From Myxococcota bacterium (GTDB taxonomy: Bacteria > Myxococcota > UBA4151), in contig JBDQPD010000029.1 in NCBI GenBank assembly GCA_040260805.1, positions 1 to 35,626 on the forward strand: a stretch of DNA of 35,626 nt, given 5' to 3'. Of this stretch, positions 1 through 8,429 are shown piece after piece (positions within the stretch are counted from its first letter, which is position 1; every line of letters starts with the position of its first letter). Both the position numbers and the translations under genes were made by a program. The notes beneath the pieces are model-generated. The model saw nothing but the letters and a program-made list of their open reading frames with translations, was not told where the DNA came from and searched no databases.

Positions 1-79
1 AGATCGCCCAGCTCATTTTGGCTAAACTTTGATAGCCGTCGACCACCAGCGAGAGTCGGCTGCGCTCTTGTGGTGTCAT
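1..79 (-). CDS. 5' end of a hypothetical protein running off the left edge (MTPQERSRLSLVVDGYQSLAKMSWAI...)
   Basis: Minus-strand ATG at 79 with an open frame to position 1, divergent from mutY. Too short to identify. Confidence 0.4.
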   Translation of the reverse strand, partial: MTPQERSRLSLVVDGYQSLAKMSWAI

Positions 80-199
80 TGGTCTCACGAGGGTGATCTC
101 CGCTTCTCAGCGATTAGGTGCGCGACCGGACGCGTTCTGGTCAAGTCGCTCAAGCTTGTCGTTGGGGTTCTGGCGTTGCAGCTTAGGGTGGGGAGGGGC

Positions 200-1207
200 A
201 TGAATATCGATCAACAGCGTCAGGCCTTACTGGACTGGTATCGCTCCAGCGCGCGGGTTCTTCCGTGGCGGAGCCGACCTGAGCCGTGGCGCGTGATGGT
301 CAGCGAATTCATGCTGCAACAGACTCAAGTTAAGACCGTTCTACCTCGCTATGAGCCCTTCTTGGAACGCTTTGAGAGTCCATCGGCGATGGTGGAAGCG
401 GGCGAAGAAGCGGTGATCTCTGCGTGGGCAGGGTTGGGTTATTACCGGCGTGCACGCGCTTTGTTCGCTGCCGCCTCCGCTGTCGTCGAGCGCCACCAAG
501 GCGTCTTACCCAGTGATCTCGAGTCGCTGCGTGCGCTGCCTGGTGTCGGGGCGTACACCTCAGCAGCGATCGCCAGCATCGCCTTTGGCGTTCGCGCAGC
601 CGTGGTCGATGGCAACGTTGAGCGAGTGCTGGCGCGCTGGAGAGCCTATGACCAACCGGTGCGGCCAGCCGCAGGCCGCCGGGCCATCCAACAATTCGCT
701 GATGACTTCCTCAACCCAGAGCATCCCGGTGATCACAATCAGGCGATGATGGAGCTCGGTGCGCGTGTCTGCCGTCCCAAACGCGCAGACTGTTTGCTGT
801 GCCCGATTCAAGAAGCTTGTTCGGGGCAGCGGTCCTGGACCGAGTTTCCGATGTTGCCGGCTCGAAAAAAGGCCGTGCCGAGACGCGCTGAGCGTCGAGT
901 GTTGTTGGTCGATCCAGACGGACATACTGCGTGGCGCCGCCGACCTGCGACTGGCCTGTACTCGACGCTGCCCGATTTACCTGAGCTGGCGGTGGGCGAA
1001 TCGCATCAGGACTATGGCGCAGTAACCGACCAAGCGACGACACAGCAGCGGTTGAGCCATCGTGAGTTAGAGATCGAAGCCCTGCGCATTGAGGTAGAGC
1101 AGTTACCAGAGGGTTATCACACCGGCCCCGTAGGGGCCTTCCTGGCCGAGGGGCCGCCAACCCCGGTGGCGCGGTTGGTTCGCTTGCTGACCAAAGACTT
1201 GGCGTAG
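200..1207 (+). CDS. mutY: A/G-specific adenine DNA glycosylase MutY
   Basis: Motifs LPWR, VSEFMLQQTQV, WAGLGYYRRAR, HhH LPGVGAYTSAAIASIAF, VDGNVERV, NQAMMELGA and the [4Fe-4S] motif CRPKRADCLLCPIQEAC. Start moved from 29 to ATG 200, which follows GGGAGG at 191-196. Confidence 0.95.
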   Translation: MNIDQQRQALLDWYRSSARVLPWRSRPEPWRVMVSEFMLQQTQVKTVLPRYEPFLERFESPSAMVEAGEEAVISAWAGLGYYRRARALFAAASAVVERHQGVLPSDLESLRALPGVGAYTSAAIASIAFGVRAAVVDGNVERVLARWRAYDQPVRPAAGRRAIQQFADDFLNPEHPGDHNQAMMELGARVCRPKRADCLLCPIQEACSGQRSWTEFPMLPARKKAVPRRAERRVLLVDPDGHTAWRRRPATGLYSTLPDLPELAVGESHQDYGAVTDQATTQQRLSHRELEIEALRIEVEQLPEGYHTGPVGAFLAEGPPTPVARLVRLLTKDLA

Positions 1208-1301
1208 GCTAGGGGTGGACAGAGGCGTCACTCAGCGACAATAGGCGGGGCGCAAGGGCTCGACTCATCGGTCGTCGAGATCCGCAACAAAGGGGGGCTC
1301 G

Positions 1302-4300
1302 ATGGAAGAGCTGCTTTCCTTGATCCGTCACCACGAGGTGGCTGAATTTTTACAACCCTACGGCTTGCTGGTCGAGCCGACGCCCTCGGGTGATCTGCAC
1401 ATCGACGCAGGTCGCCTCGACGCAGGCGTCGCCGAGCTGCTCGCCGAAGCGGGTTTATCGGTGATCACAGCGGAGCACCTGCAAAGCGATGAGCTCGCCG
1501 CCGAGGTGGTGGCGCGTTTTGATGCGCTCGTCGACGCCCAGCCCAGCCGCTTTGTTTTGCGCCCGTCGACCAAGCCGGTTGCCCCTCAGACCATGCCGCG
1601 CTCGTCGGCTTGGCTTGAGCGTTATTACGGCGCCAAGGGCTTCTCTCCGATCGGCGAGCGTAAGCCGAGTGTCGTCGATCACGGCCGCTCGGCCGGACCG
1701 CTGATCGCGAGCATTGATGATCAACCCTTGGTGTTCTTTGATGCGTCATCGCAGATCGCAACCCACGCTGGCGGGCTCAACGCAAGCGAGGTGCAACGCA
1801 GCCGCGACGAGGGCCACTTTGACGCCGTGCTGGCGGCAAACCCCGACTCGTCTCGTGAGCCCTGCGCGACCCTGACTCGCTTGGCTGATTTGGTCAGAGC
1901 GCACGTCCACACGCGCCTGAGCCACGTGACCTTCGCCAACTCTGGCGCCGAAGCGAACGAAAAAGCGCTTCATCTCGCCCGTCAAAACGGACGGGGTGGT
2001 CATCAACTCTTGGCGATGAAGGGCAGCTTTCACGGCCGGACCTTACTGCCGCTCCACGGCACCTGGAACCCGGTCAAGCGAGGCCCCTTCGAGTTCGCTG
2101 GATTCGAGGCAGCGTGGGCTGACTTCCCGCGGCATCTGGTTCCCAAAGTTGAGCCGGCGCTACCCGAAGGCTGGGTGAACGCTTGGCGTCAGGGTAGCGA
2201 GTGGCCTGATGCCTCGGGTGATGCCTTGTTAACGGCCGAACTCGAGACGCTACGCTCGGTCGATACGCAGCTGACGAACCAACCGATTTTCGCCGTCATC
2301 TCTGAGGTGATGCAGGGTGAGGGTGGCGACAACTACGCGACCCGGCGCTTCTTTTGCGCCTTGCTCGCGATCTGCCGTCGGCATGACGTGCCCTTGGTCG
2401 TCGATGAAGTTCAGACCGGCTTTGGTTTGGGTGGCCCCTTGTTCTGGCATACCAGCTTGAACTTGGTGGACGCCCAAGGCGCTGTCGATGCACCCGATGC
2501 CGTGACCGTGGCGAAAAAGGCGCAGCTCGGTGTGATCGTCAGTCGCTTTGACGATGATGAGCCCACCGAGGTCTCGTCGGCTTCGGCGGTGCGTGGTTTA
2601 GCGCAGGCTCGAACCGCACTGAGCACACCCCACGATGAGATCGCCGCTTACGCCGAGCGTAGCTTGACGGCGCTCGCCGATGCGCTCCCCGAAGGCTTGG
2701 TCACCAACGTGCGCGGTCAGGGCTTGGCGTGGGGGATTGATCTGCCCTCGGGAGGGGTCGTCAACCGACTGCTCTCGGAGCGTTTTTGGCGTGGCTACCT
2801 GACCTATATCGCCGGCGCGCAAACGCTGAGGTTTCGGCTGAGCCCGGCGATGACCGCCGAGACCTGGCAGGGGGTCGTCGACGCGCTCGAGGATAACCTC
2901 AAGGAGTTAGTCCAAAAGGTCGGCTGGAACGGTCCAGAGGCCTTCGCCGATGCGGTCGCTGGGTTAGAGCCTGCGACCTGGACGGCGTCTGGCGAGCCCT
3001 ATGAACCTCGCTTTGGTTTAGCCGACGGGTATCGACTTGAAGTGTTGACCCCCGAGGGACTCGAGGCTGCGATGCCGCGTGTGCTCGAGCTTGAAGCTCA
3101 GGTGTACGAACCCGAGCGTCGCGAGACGGCAGAAGGCCTGCGAGGGTTCACCGGTTTAGAGGGCTTCGTCGGGCACCTCGTGTGGGACTCAAGTGACCAA
3201 CTCGCAGGGTTCTCGATGGGCGCTGCGCTCGAGGGCTTTCCCTCCGTTGAGGGCTGCCCGGATGACGCCACCTGGGGCCAAAGGGTGTCGCTCTACTCCT
3301 TGGAGATGTTGGTCTGCGAAAAGCACCGTGGTCAGGGCATTGGTCGGGTGCTCAAGTCAGCTCAAGTTGACGCCGCTCGCCAGGCTGGTTTTGAGTTTAT
3401 TTGCGGTCGCAACCGAGTCGGCGGGACCGCTGAGATGGGACCCCTTAATCGCTCGTTTGGCGCCTACACCGTGCGCCGGCTCGTTGGTCAGTATGGCGGA
3501 GAGGGTGAGACCGATTACTACCGTTTGCCCCTGTTCCCCGGGCGCGTCGAAGCGACTGGCCGACCGGTCACGGGCGTGGATCTCGCCGGCGGTATCCAGC
3601 GGCCGATGGGCGACACGCCGACGACCCTGATCAGCGCCGCTGAGCGTGGCGTCTTTGGGGGGTCGGTCTGCAACAAGCTGAGCCTTTGCAACTTTACCAC
3701 GCCCGATTCGATCCGCTTTGCTGAGCTGCTCCAGCAGCTGGCTCCTCAGGGTTGCGATCACGCGCTGTACACGTCGGGCCGAGATGAGATGGTCGACAAG
3801 GCGCTGCGCGCCATCAAGTACAACAACAAACAAGCCGACATCGTGCTCGCCTTTGAGGGCAATTATGTGGGGCATACCACCGCCGCTGCTCGCTCGGCTT
3901 CGGACCATGATCATCCCTATTTTGACTGGCCCAAGCTGCCGCATCCGGCGCGAGTCGGCGAGGCGGCTGCCCTTGAGGCTTTAGACGAGGCGCTCGAAAC
4001 CTTTGGCGACCGCGTGCTCACCTTGATGGTGGAGCCGATCGGTGAGCGCTCGGGTCTGGTGCTGCCGCCAACCTTCTACGCTGCGTTGCAAGAACGTCGT
4101 GAGCAACACGGCTTGCGCGTGACGGTGAGCGAGACCGCAACCGGCGGCTTTCGCAACGGTCATGGGACCTGCTTTTATGTCGACAGCACGGACCTGCAGG
4201 CTGACCAGGTGCTCTGGTATACCGGCGGACAACTCGGTGTGGTCTTTTGCGCCGAGACCACGTGGGTTGAGAAGCCGCTGCAGCTGATCTCAACCTGGGA

Positions 4301-4604
4301 TGGTGACGAGCTGTGCATGATTCGCGCCGCTCACCATCTGCGCTGGGGACTGCGTCATCGTGATCAGATCGCTCAGCGCGCTGCGCTGCTGAGTCGGATG
4401 TTGTCCGGAATCGGAGGCGCCAGCTCGTTGGGGCTGTGCGGCCATGTGGCGGTCGAAGACGTCCAAGCGGCGTCGGCGAAGCTAGCCGACCAAGGAGTTC
4501 ATGTTCGCTCGTCGGCGGCTGGTCTGACGATCCTACCGCCTCTGGCGATCGACGCCTCGACGCTCGCTGATGGGCTTAAGCGGGTCGAAGAGCTCTCGAG
4601 CTAA
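1302..4604 (+). CDS. Fusion protein: class III PLP aminotransferase (lysine-6-/GABA-aminotransferase-like), GNAT acyltransferase, degenerate second class III aminotransferase domain
   Basis: Domain 1 has NSGAEANEKA, GSFHGRT, MQGEGGD, DEVQTG and AKKAQLG. The central GNAT has motif A HRGQGIG and NRSFG. Domain 2 has TSGRDEMVDKA, GNYVGHT, VEPIG, SETATGG, YTGGQLG and ISTWDGD. A purine-rich AGGGGGG precedes the ATG. Confidence 0.85.
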   Translation: MEELLSLIRHHEVAEFLQPYGLLVEPTPSGDLHIDAGRLDAGVAELLAEAGLSVITAEHLQSDELAAEVVARFDALVDAQPSRFVLRPSTKPVAPQTMPRSSAWLERYYGAKGFSPIGERKPSVVDHGRSAGPLIASIDDQPLVFFDASSQIATHAGGLNASEVQRSRDEGHFDAVLAANPDSSREPCATLTRLADLVRAHVHTRLSHVTFANSGAEANEKALHLARQNGRGGHQLLAMKGSFHGRTLLPLHGTWNPVKRGPFEFAGFEAAWADFPRHLVPKVEPALPEGWVNAWRQGSEWPDASGDALLTAELETLRSVDTQLTNQPIFAVISEVMQGEGGDNYATRRFFCALLAICRRHDVPLVVDEVQTGFGLGGPLFWHTSLNLVDAQGAVDAPDAVTVAKKAQLGVIVSRFDDDEPTEVSSASAVRGLAQARTALSTPHDEIAAYAERSLTALADALPEGLVTNVRGQGLAWGIDLPSGGVVNRLLSERFWRGYLTYIAGAQTLRFRLSPAMTAETWQGVVDALEDNLKELVQKVGWNGPEAFADAVAGLEPATWTASGEPYEPRFGLADGYRLEVLTPEGLEAAMPRVLELEAQVYEPERRETAEGLRGFTGLEGFVGHLVWDSSDQLAGFSMGAALEGFPSVEGCPDDATWGQRVSLYSLEMLVCEKHRGQGIGRVLKSAQVDAARQAGFEFICGRNRVGGTAEMGPLNRSFGAYTVRRLVGQYGGEGETDYYRLPLFPGRVEATGRPVTGVDLAGGIQRPMGDTPTTLISAAERGVFGGSVCNKLSLCNFTTPDSIRFAELLQQLAPQGCDHALYTSGRDEMVDKALRAIKYNNKQADIVLAFEGNYVGHTTAAARSASDHDHPYFDWPKLPHPARVGEAAALEALDEALETFGDRVLTLMVEPIGERSGLVLPPTFYAALQERREQHGLRVTVSETATGGFRNGHGTCFYVDSTDLQADQVLWYTGGQLGVVFCAETTWVEKPLQLISTWDGDELCMIRAAHHLRWGLRHRDQIAQRAALLSRMLSGIGGASSLGLCGHVAVEDVQAASAKLADQGVHVRSSAAGLTILPPLAIDASTLADGLKRVEELSS

Positions 4605-5662
4605 ACCGTCAACTCGATACCGGTCTGACCGGTAAGGGGTCCGCGGCAGGTGCGCATCACCGGAGCTTCGCCGGTCCAATCAAAGACCAAACCGCCGCAG
4701 GTCGCCGAGCGGTGCGGCTCGGTCTCGCTGATCAGCATGCTCAAGCGAGGGTCGCTGAGTAGATCCCACATGGTCTGAGGTGTCGCCGCAGCGTCTTTAT
4801 GCTCAAGGAGCTCTTTGAGCGCATTCCAGCGCACGAACGTCGTCGACTCGGGCGACAAGACCTCAAGCTCAGCCTGTTCTGCGTTGAGGCAGTGGTTGGT
4901 GTGGCAGGCGGCGTGGGGGTAGGTCAGCTCGCCGGCTTGGCCTTGACTCCAATGGTCGATCACTCGCTGCTGTCCAGCCAGCGCTTCGATCCCATAAAAG
5001 TCTTGAGTGTCTGCGATTTGGTAATGATGACCCGATCCGACGCCGACACGCTCGAGCAGCGCACGCGCCGCACGCGCCGAACGGCAGCCGAGCATCATAC
5101 GAACCAGCCCGGGCCAGAGCACCCCGAGCGTTTGCGTTGGCGTGTTCAGGTTGTTGATGGTGACCGCAACGCCATGCTCGTTGATCCCAGCCATGCCCAG
5201 GCATCCGGTCAGGCTAAAGGTCAAGCAGCGCGGCGCGCCGTCGACGTCAAAGCGCATCGCTTCGACATACGGAGATGCCGAGCCGTGCATGTCCCAGGTC
5301 TGGCCGAGGACCGGTGGGTTCCCGGGGAGGAACACTGCCGAGCAGCCTTGGTCGTCGTAGAGCGTTTTTCGACTCAGGTCGCGCAGGTCGGTGTAGTGGT
5401 TCAGGACCACCAATTCACCTGCGCCAATCTGAGCGCCTTCAGCGATTCCACAGAACTCTTCATAGAGCGCTTCATCGGCCGCTCGCAGCGCCTCGGTGTG
5501 ACGCGCCCCAAGGCCGATGATCTCTTCAGTCGATTCAAAGTCGGTACGCCCCAGCGTCAGCTCTATACGGATCTGCGCCAGCTCGTGAATGCGTTGTCGA
5601 AAGGTTTCGCCATGAGCCTGACCGACCTCACGAGCGCTTCCCGAAAAACTAAATGCCTGCAT
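4601..5662 (-). CDS. C45-family Ntn hydrolase / acyl-CoA:6-APA acyltransferase-like protein
   Basis: Autoprocessing site DQG|CSA, GQTWD, GMAGINEHGV and HTNH. Start moved to ATG 5662, preceded by AAGGAG. Confidence 0.85.
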   Translation of the reverse strand: MQAFSFSGSAREVGQAHGETFRQRIHELAQIRIELTLGRTDFESTEEIIGLGARHTEALRAADEALYEEFCGIAEGAQIGAGELVVLNHYTDLRDLSRKTLYDDQGCSAVFLPGNPPVLGQTWDMHGSASPYVEAMRFDVDGAPRCLTFSLTGCLGMAGINEHGVAVTINNLNTPTQTLGVLWPGLVRMMLGCRSARAARALLERVGVGSGHHYQIADTQDFYGIEALAGQQRVIDHWSQGQAGELTYPHAACHTNHCLNAEQAELEVLSPESTTFVRWNALKELLEHKDAAATPQTMWDLLSDPRLSMLISETEPHRSATCGGLVFDWTGEAPVMRTCRGPLTGQTGIELTV

Positions 5663-5699
5663 GGAGGGCTCCTTGGGCGACACCCTGCGCCGCCCGGTC

Positions 5700-5735
5700 A
5701 AAAAAGCAAACAGCCTGCGGCTACGGCGCAGGCTG
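5700..5735 (-). terminator. Probable Rho-independent terminator after the DUF507 gene
   Basis: Perfect 9-bp stem CAGCCTGCG (5711-5719) / CGCAGGCTG (5727-5735) with a 7-nt loop, followed on the minus strand by TTTGCTTTTTT. Confidence 0.7.
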
Positions 5736-5761
5736 AAGGCTATTCGCTGGTCTCGAGACGA

Positions 5762-6298
5762 CTAGTTGTCGTGCTTGGCACGCTCTGCGCGTCGCTTAAG
5801 CTCACGCGCCCGACGCTGATACTCAGCTTCGAAAGCCGAGGAGCCTTCGGGGACATTGCGCAGCGCCGCACGCACGTTGCGATCGATCTCTTCATCGAGC
5901 GCTAAGTGCTTGTCGAGGACCTCAGCGACGACCTCTTTGAGCTCGTCATCGGAGCCGTAGATCTCTTCGACGTTGTTCGAGTCGAACAGCGCCTCGAGGA
6001 CTTGGCCTGTGACAAAATCAATGCCGTCGTTGTGGAGCGGGAACTCGCGCACTTCGGCGATGCTCTTTTTGACCATCGCGTAGCGGTCAGGGCTGAGGTG
6101 ACGGCGCTGTAGGCCGGCCTTCGCTTCTTGGCTGATTCGATCCTCTTTGTTCATGTAGTCCACCATGACGGTCGACAGATCGAGCTCGGCTTCGATGACC
6201 TGAGTGTCTTCGATTTCGGCGTACTCACGGCTACGCAAGAAACGCACGACGTCGTGCGAGATCTTCGGAATCACCTTACGGTAGAGATGCAACATCAT
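5762..6298 (-). CDS. DUF507-family protein (myxobacterial type)
   Basis: LYRKVIPKIS...EAELDLSTVMVDY...NVEEIY...IDRNVR...EGSSAFEAEYQR matches my recollection of myxobacterial DUF507 proteins. AGGAG RBS upstream. Confidence 0.75.
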   Translation of the reverse strand: MMLHLYRKVIPKISHDVVRFLRSREYAEIEDTQVIEAELDLSTVMVDYMNKEDRISQEAKAGLQRRHLSPDRYAMVKKSIAEVREFPLHNDGIDFVTGQVLEALFDSNNVEEIYGSDDELKEVVAEVLDKHLALDEEIDRNVRAALRNVPEGSSAFEAEYQRRARELKRRAERAKHDN

Positions 6299-6486
6299 TC
6301 TTTTCGCTCCTGCTCAGCCTCTTTGGCGACCCTTTCCGGGGCCGCTAAATCGGTCCAGGGCGGGGCCACGTATGGGCCGAGCGTCTATGTATATCCCGGC
6401 GTCGATAGGGTGCGCTAAAGGCCTTGGCAACAAAAATGGGTGGTCGATCGTTGAGTTGGCCAGCAGACTAACCCTCGGAGCGATCC

Positions 6487-8370
6487 ATGCCCGTCCCTGA
6501 GCATCTGCGTGAAAATCTATCGGAACTGCCCAGGCAGTCCGGTTGCTACCTGATGCGCAGCGCCTCGGACACCGTCGTGTACGTGGGCAAAGCGAAGAAT
6601 CTGCGAAGCCGCGTGCTGCAGTATTTTAATGGCCACGACACTCGCGCCTTTGTCGCACAGATCGACCGTGTGGTTCGCCGCATCGAGTGGATTCTTACCG
6701 GCACCGAAAAAGAAGCGCTTCTGCTCGAGTCGACGCTGATCAAGCGACACCGGCCGCGGTTCAACGTGATGCTCAAAGATATGGAGCGATCGGTCTTGCT
6801 GCGCGTGGCGCGCGGTCATGATTACCCACGGATCGAGATTGCGCGCCGCCGAGCAGACGATGACGCACGCTACTTTGGCCCCTACGACTCTGCTGGCCAG
6901 TTGCGCCGCGTGCTCGGGGTTCTGGAGCGTTATTTCCGCTTGCGAACCTGCCACGATGGCGAGTTTGCCAGGCGCCAGAGGGTCTGCATGGAGTTTGAGA
7001 TTGGGCGTTGCAGCGGACCCTGCGTTCTTGAGTCTGCGCAGGTCGATTACCGAGCCCAGGTCAACGAGGTGGTTTGGTTTCTGCGCGGCCGCACCAAACC
7101 GCTGATTCGCTCGATGGAGGGTCGTATGGCGAAGGCTGCCGATCTCTTAGAGTACGAGCGGGCGGCTCGTCTGCGCGATGATATTTCGGTCATTCGCAAC
7201 GCGCTGGAGCGTCAGGTGGTCGTGCAGGAGCGCGCCGTGGATTTGGACGCGATCAGCTTGCAGCGGATCGGCGATTTAGCGGCAGCGGTGGTCTTGCCGG
7301 TTCGGGGTGGGGCAGTGATCGGCAAGCACACCTCCATTTGGCGCGGTATGGAGCTCGATGATGAGGAGCTTCTGCGCGGTTTCTTGCTCGCTTATTATGA
7401 CATCGAGGGCGCTTCGGCTGAGGTGCCGCCCACCATTATCTTGGACCAAAAACCGGCCGATCGTGCCGAGCTGATGGACTGGCTAGCGGATCGCAGAGGC
7501 ACGAAGGTTGAGCTGCGCGTGCCCAGACGCGGGGCTGCGCAAAAGCTGTTGGTTATGGCGCGCCAAAATGCGGTCGATGAGCTCAAGCGCACGGCGGCGC
7601 AAGCGAGCGAACGTCAGCGTGCGCTGGAGCGTTTGCAGCGCGCCCTGAACTTACCCACGCCTCCAGAAGTTATCGATGGGCTTGATATTTCGACCTTTCA
7701 AGGAAGCGACACAGTGGGCGGTAAGGTTCGCTTCGCCGACGCGAAGAAAGCGACCAAGGGGTACCGCACCGTGCACATCAAGGGTTCGGCTCAAGCCGAT
7801 GATTTCAATTCGCTTCGCCAAGTGGTGCAGCGTTTGTACGGAAAGCACCCCGAAGAGCTGCCTGATCTTTTGATGGTGGACGGCGGCAGGGCTCAGCTCA
7901 CGGCCGTTGTTCAAGCCTTCCAAGCCTGCGGTATGGAGCCGCCTCCCTTGTGCGGCTTGGCTAAAGCGCGCGCCCTGAAAGACGGCAAAGGTTTTGACGG
8001 TGATGATGTGGTCGATGCGCAGGCCGTCGGTGAGGACCTGCACAGCCGGGAGCGGGTCTTTATTCCGGGCCGCAAAAACCCCCTGCGTTTGCGGGACAGC
8101 GACCCCGGTTTGGCGCTCTTGGTCCGAATTCGAGATGAGGTGCACCGTTTTGCGATCAAAGCGCATCGTAAGTTGCGCCAAAAGCGTCACCACGGCTCGG
8201 CGCTCGATCTGATTCCGGGGGTCGGCGCGCAGCGGCGAAAATCGTTGCTGCGTGCTTTTGGCTCGGTCAAAGGCGTCGCTCGAGCGCCTGTCGACGGGCT
8301 CGCCTCGGTGACTGGGATTTCGCCCGCGTTGGCGCAGCGAATCCATGAAGCGCTCAACGGCTCATCGTAG
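6487..8370 (+). CDS. uvrC: Excinuclease ABC subunit C
   Basis: GIY-YIG (GCYLM..YVGKAKNLRSRV), Cys cluster C..CMEFEIGRCSGPC, UVR motif LEYERAARLRD, RNaseH-like DIS / DGGRAQL / RDEVHRFA, and C-terminal HhH pair IPGVG and VTGIS. Confidence 0.96.
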   Translation: MPVPEHLRENLSELPRQSGCYLMRSASDTVVYVGKAKNLRSRVLQYFNGHDTRAFVAQIDRVVRRIEWILTGTEKEALLLESTLIKRHRPRFNVMLKDMERSVLLRVARGHDYPRIEIARRRADDDARYFGPYDSAGQLRRVLGVLERYFRLRTCHDGEFARRQRVCMEFEIGRCSGPCVLESAQVDYRAQVNEVVWFLRGRTKPLIRSMEGRMAKAADLLEYERAARLRDDISVIRNALERQVVVQERAVDLDAISLQRIGDLAAAVVLPVRGGAVIGKHTSIWRGMELDDEELLRGFLLAYYDIEGASAEVPPTIILDQKPADRAELMDWLADRRGTKVELRVPRRGAAQKLLVMARQNAVDELKRTAAQASERQRALERLQRALNLPTPPEVIDGLDISTFQGSDTVGGKVRFADAKKATKGYRTVHIKGSAQADDFNSLRQVVQRLYGKHPEELPDLLMVDGGRAQLTAVVQAFQACGMEPPPLCGLAKARALKDGKGFDGDDVVDAQAVGEDLHSRERVFIPGRKNPLRLRDSDPGLALLVRIRDEVHRFAIKAHRKLRQKRHHGSALDLIPGVGAQRRKSLLRAFGSVKGVARAPVDGLASVTGISPALAQRIHEALNGSS

Positions 8371-8429
8371 AGCCCGTTGATCCCCGCTGTGTAAAAGCGC
8401 AAAGTGCTCGGACTCAAAGGGGTCCGTAC

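Noticed and set aside
29..199. 57-aa N-terminal extension of MutY in the ORF track
   Set aside because: MutY similarity and the RBS start at ATG 200. The extension overlaps a probable divergent gene.
1259..1279. Hairpin CTCGAC-N9-GTCGAG upstream of the aminotransferase fusion (riboswitch or terminator?)
   Set aside because: Short stem without a U-tract. The 94-bp intergenic region is too small for a lysine riboswitch and TCGA words are common here.
1302..5662. Beta-lactam biosynthetic cluster (lysine aminotransferase-like plus IPN acyltransferase-like genes)
   Set aside because: No ACV synthetase, IPNS or resistance genes in the window. Both families have many unrelated roles.
4799..5905. 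368-aa plus-strand ORF
   Set aside because: Antisense shadow of the C45 and DUF507 genes. It crosses a terminator and has no motifs.
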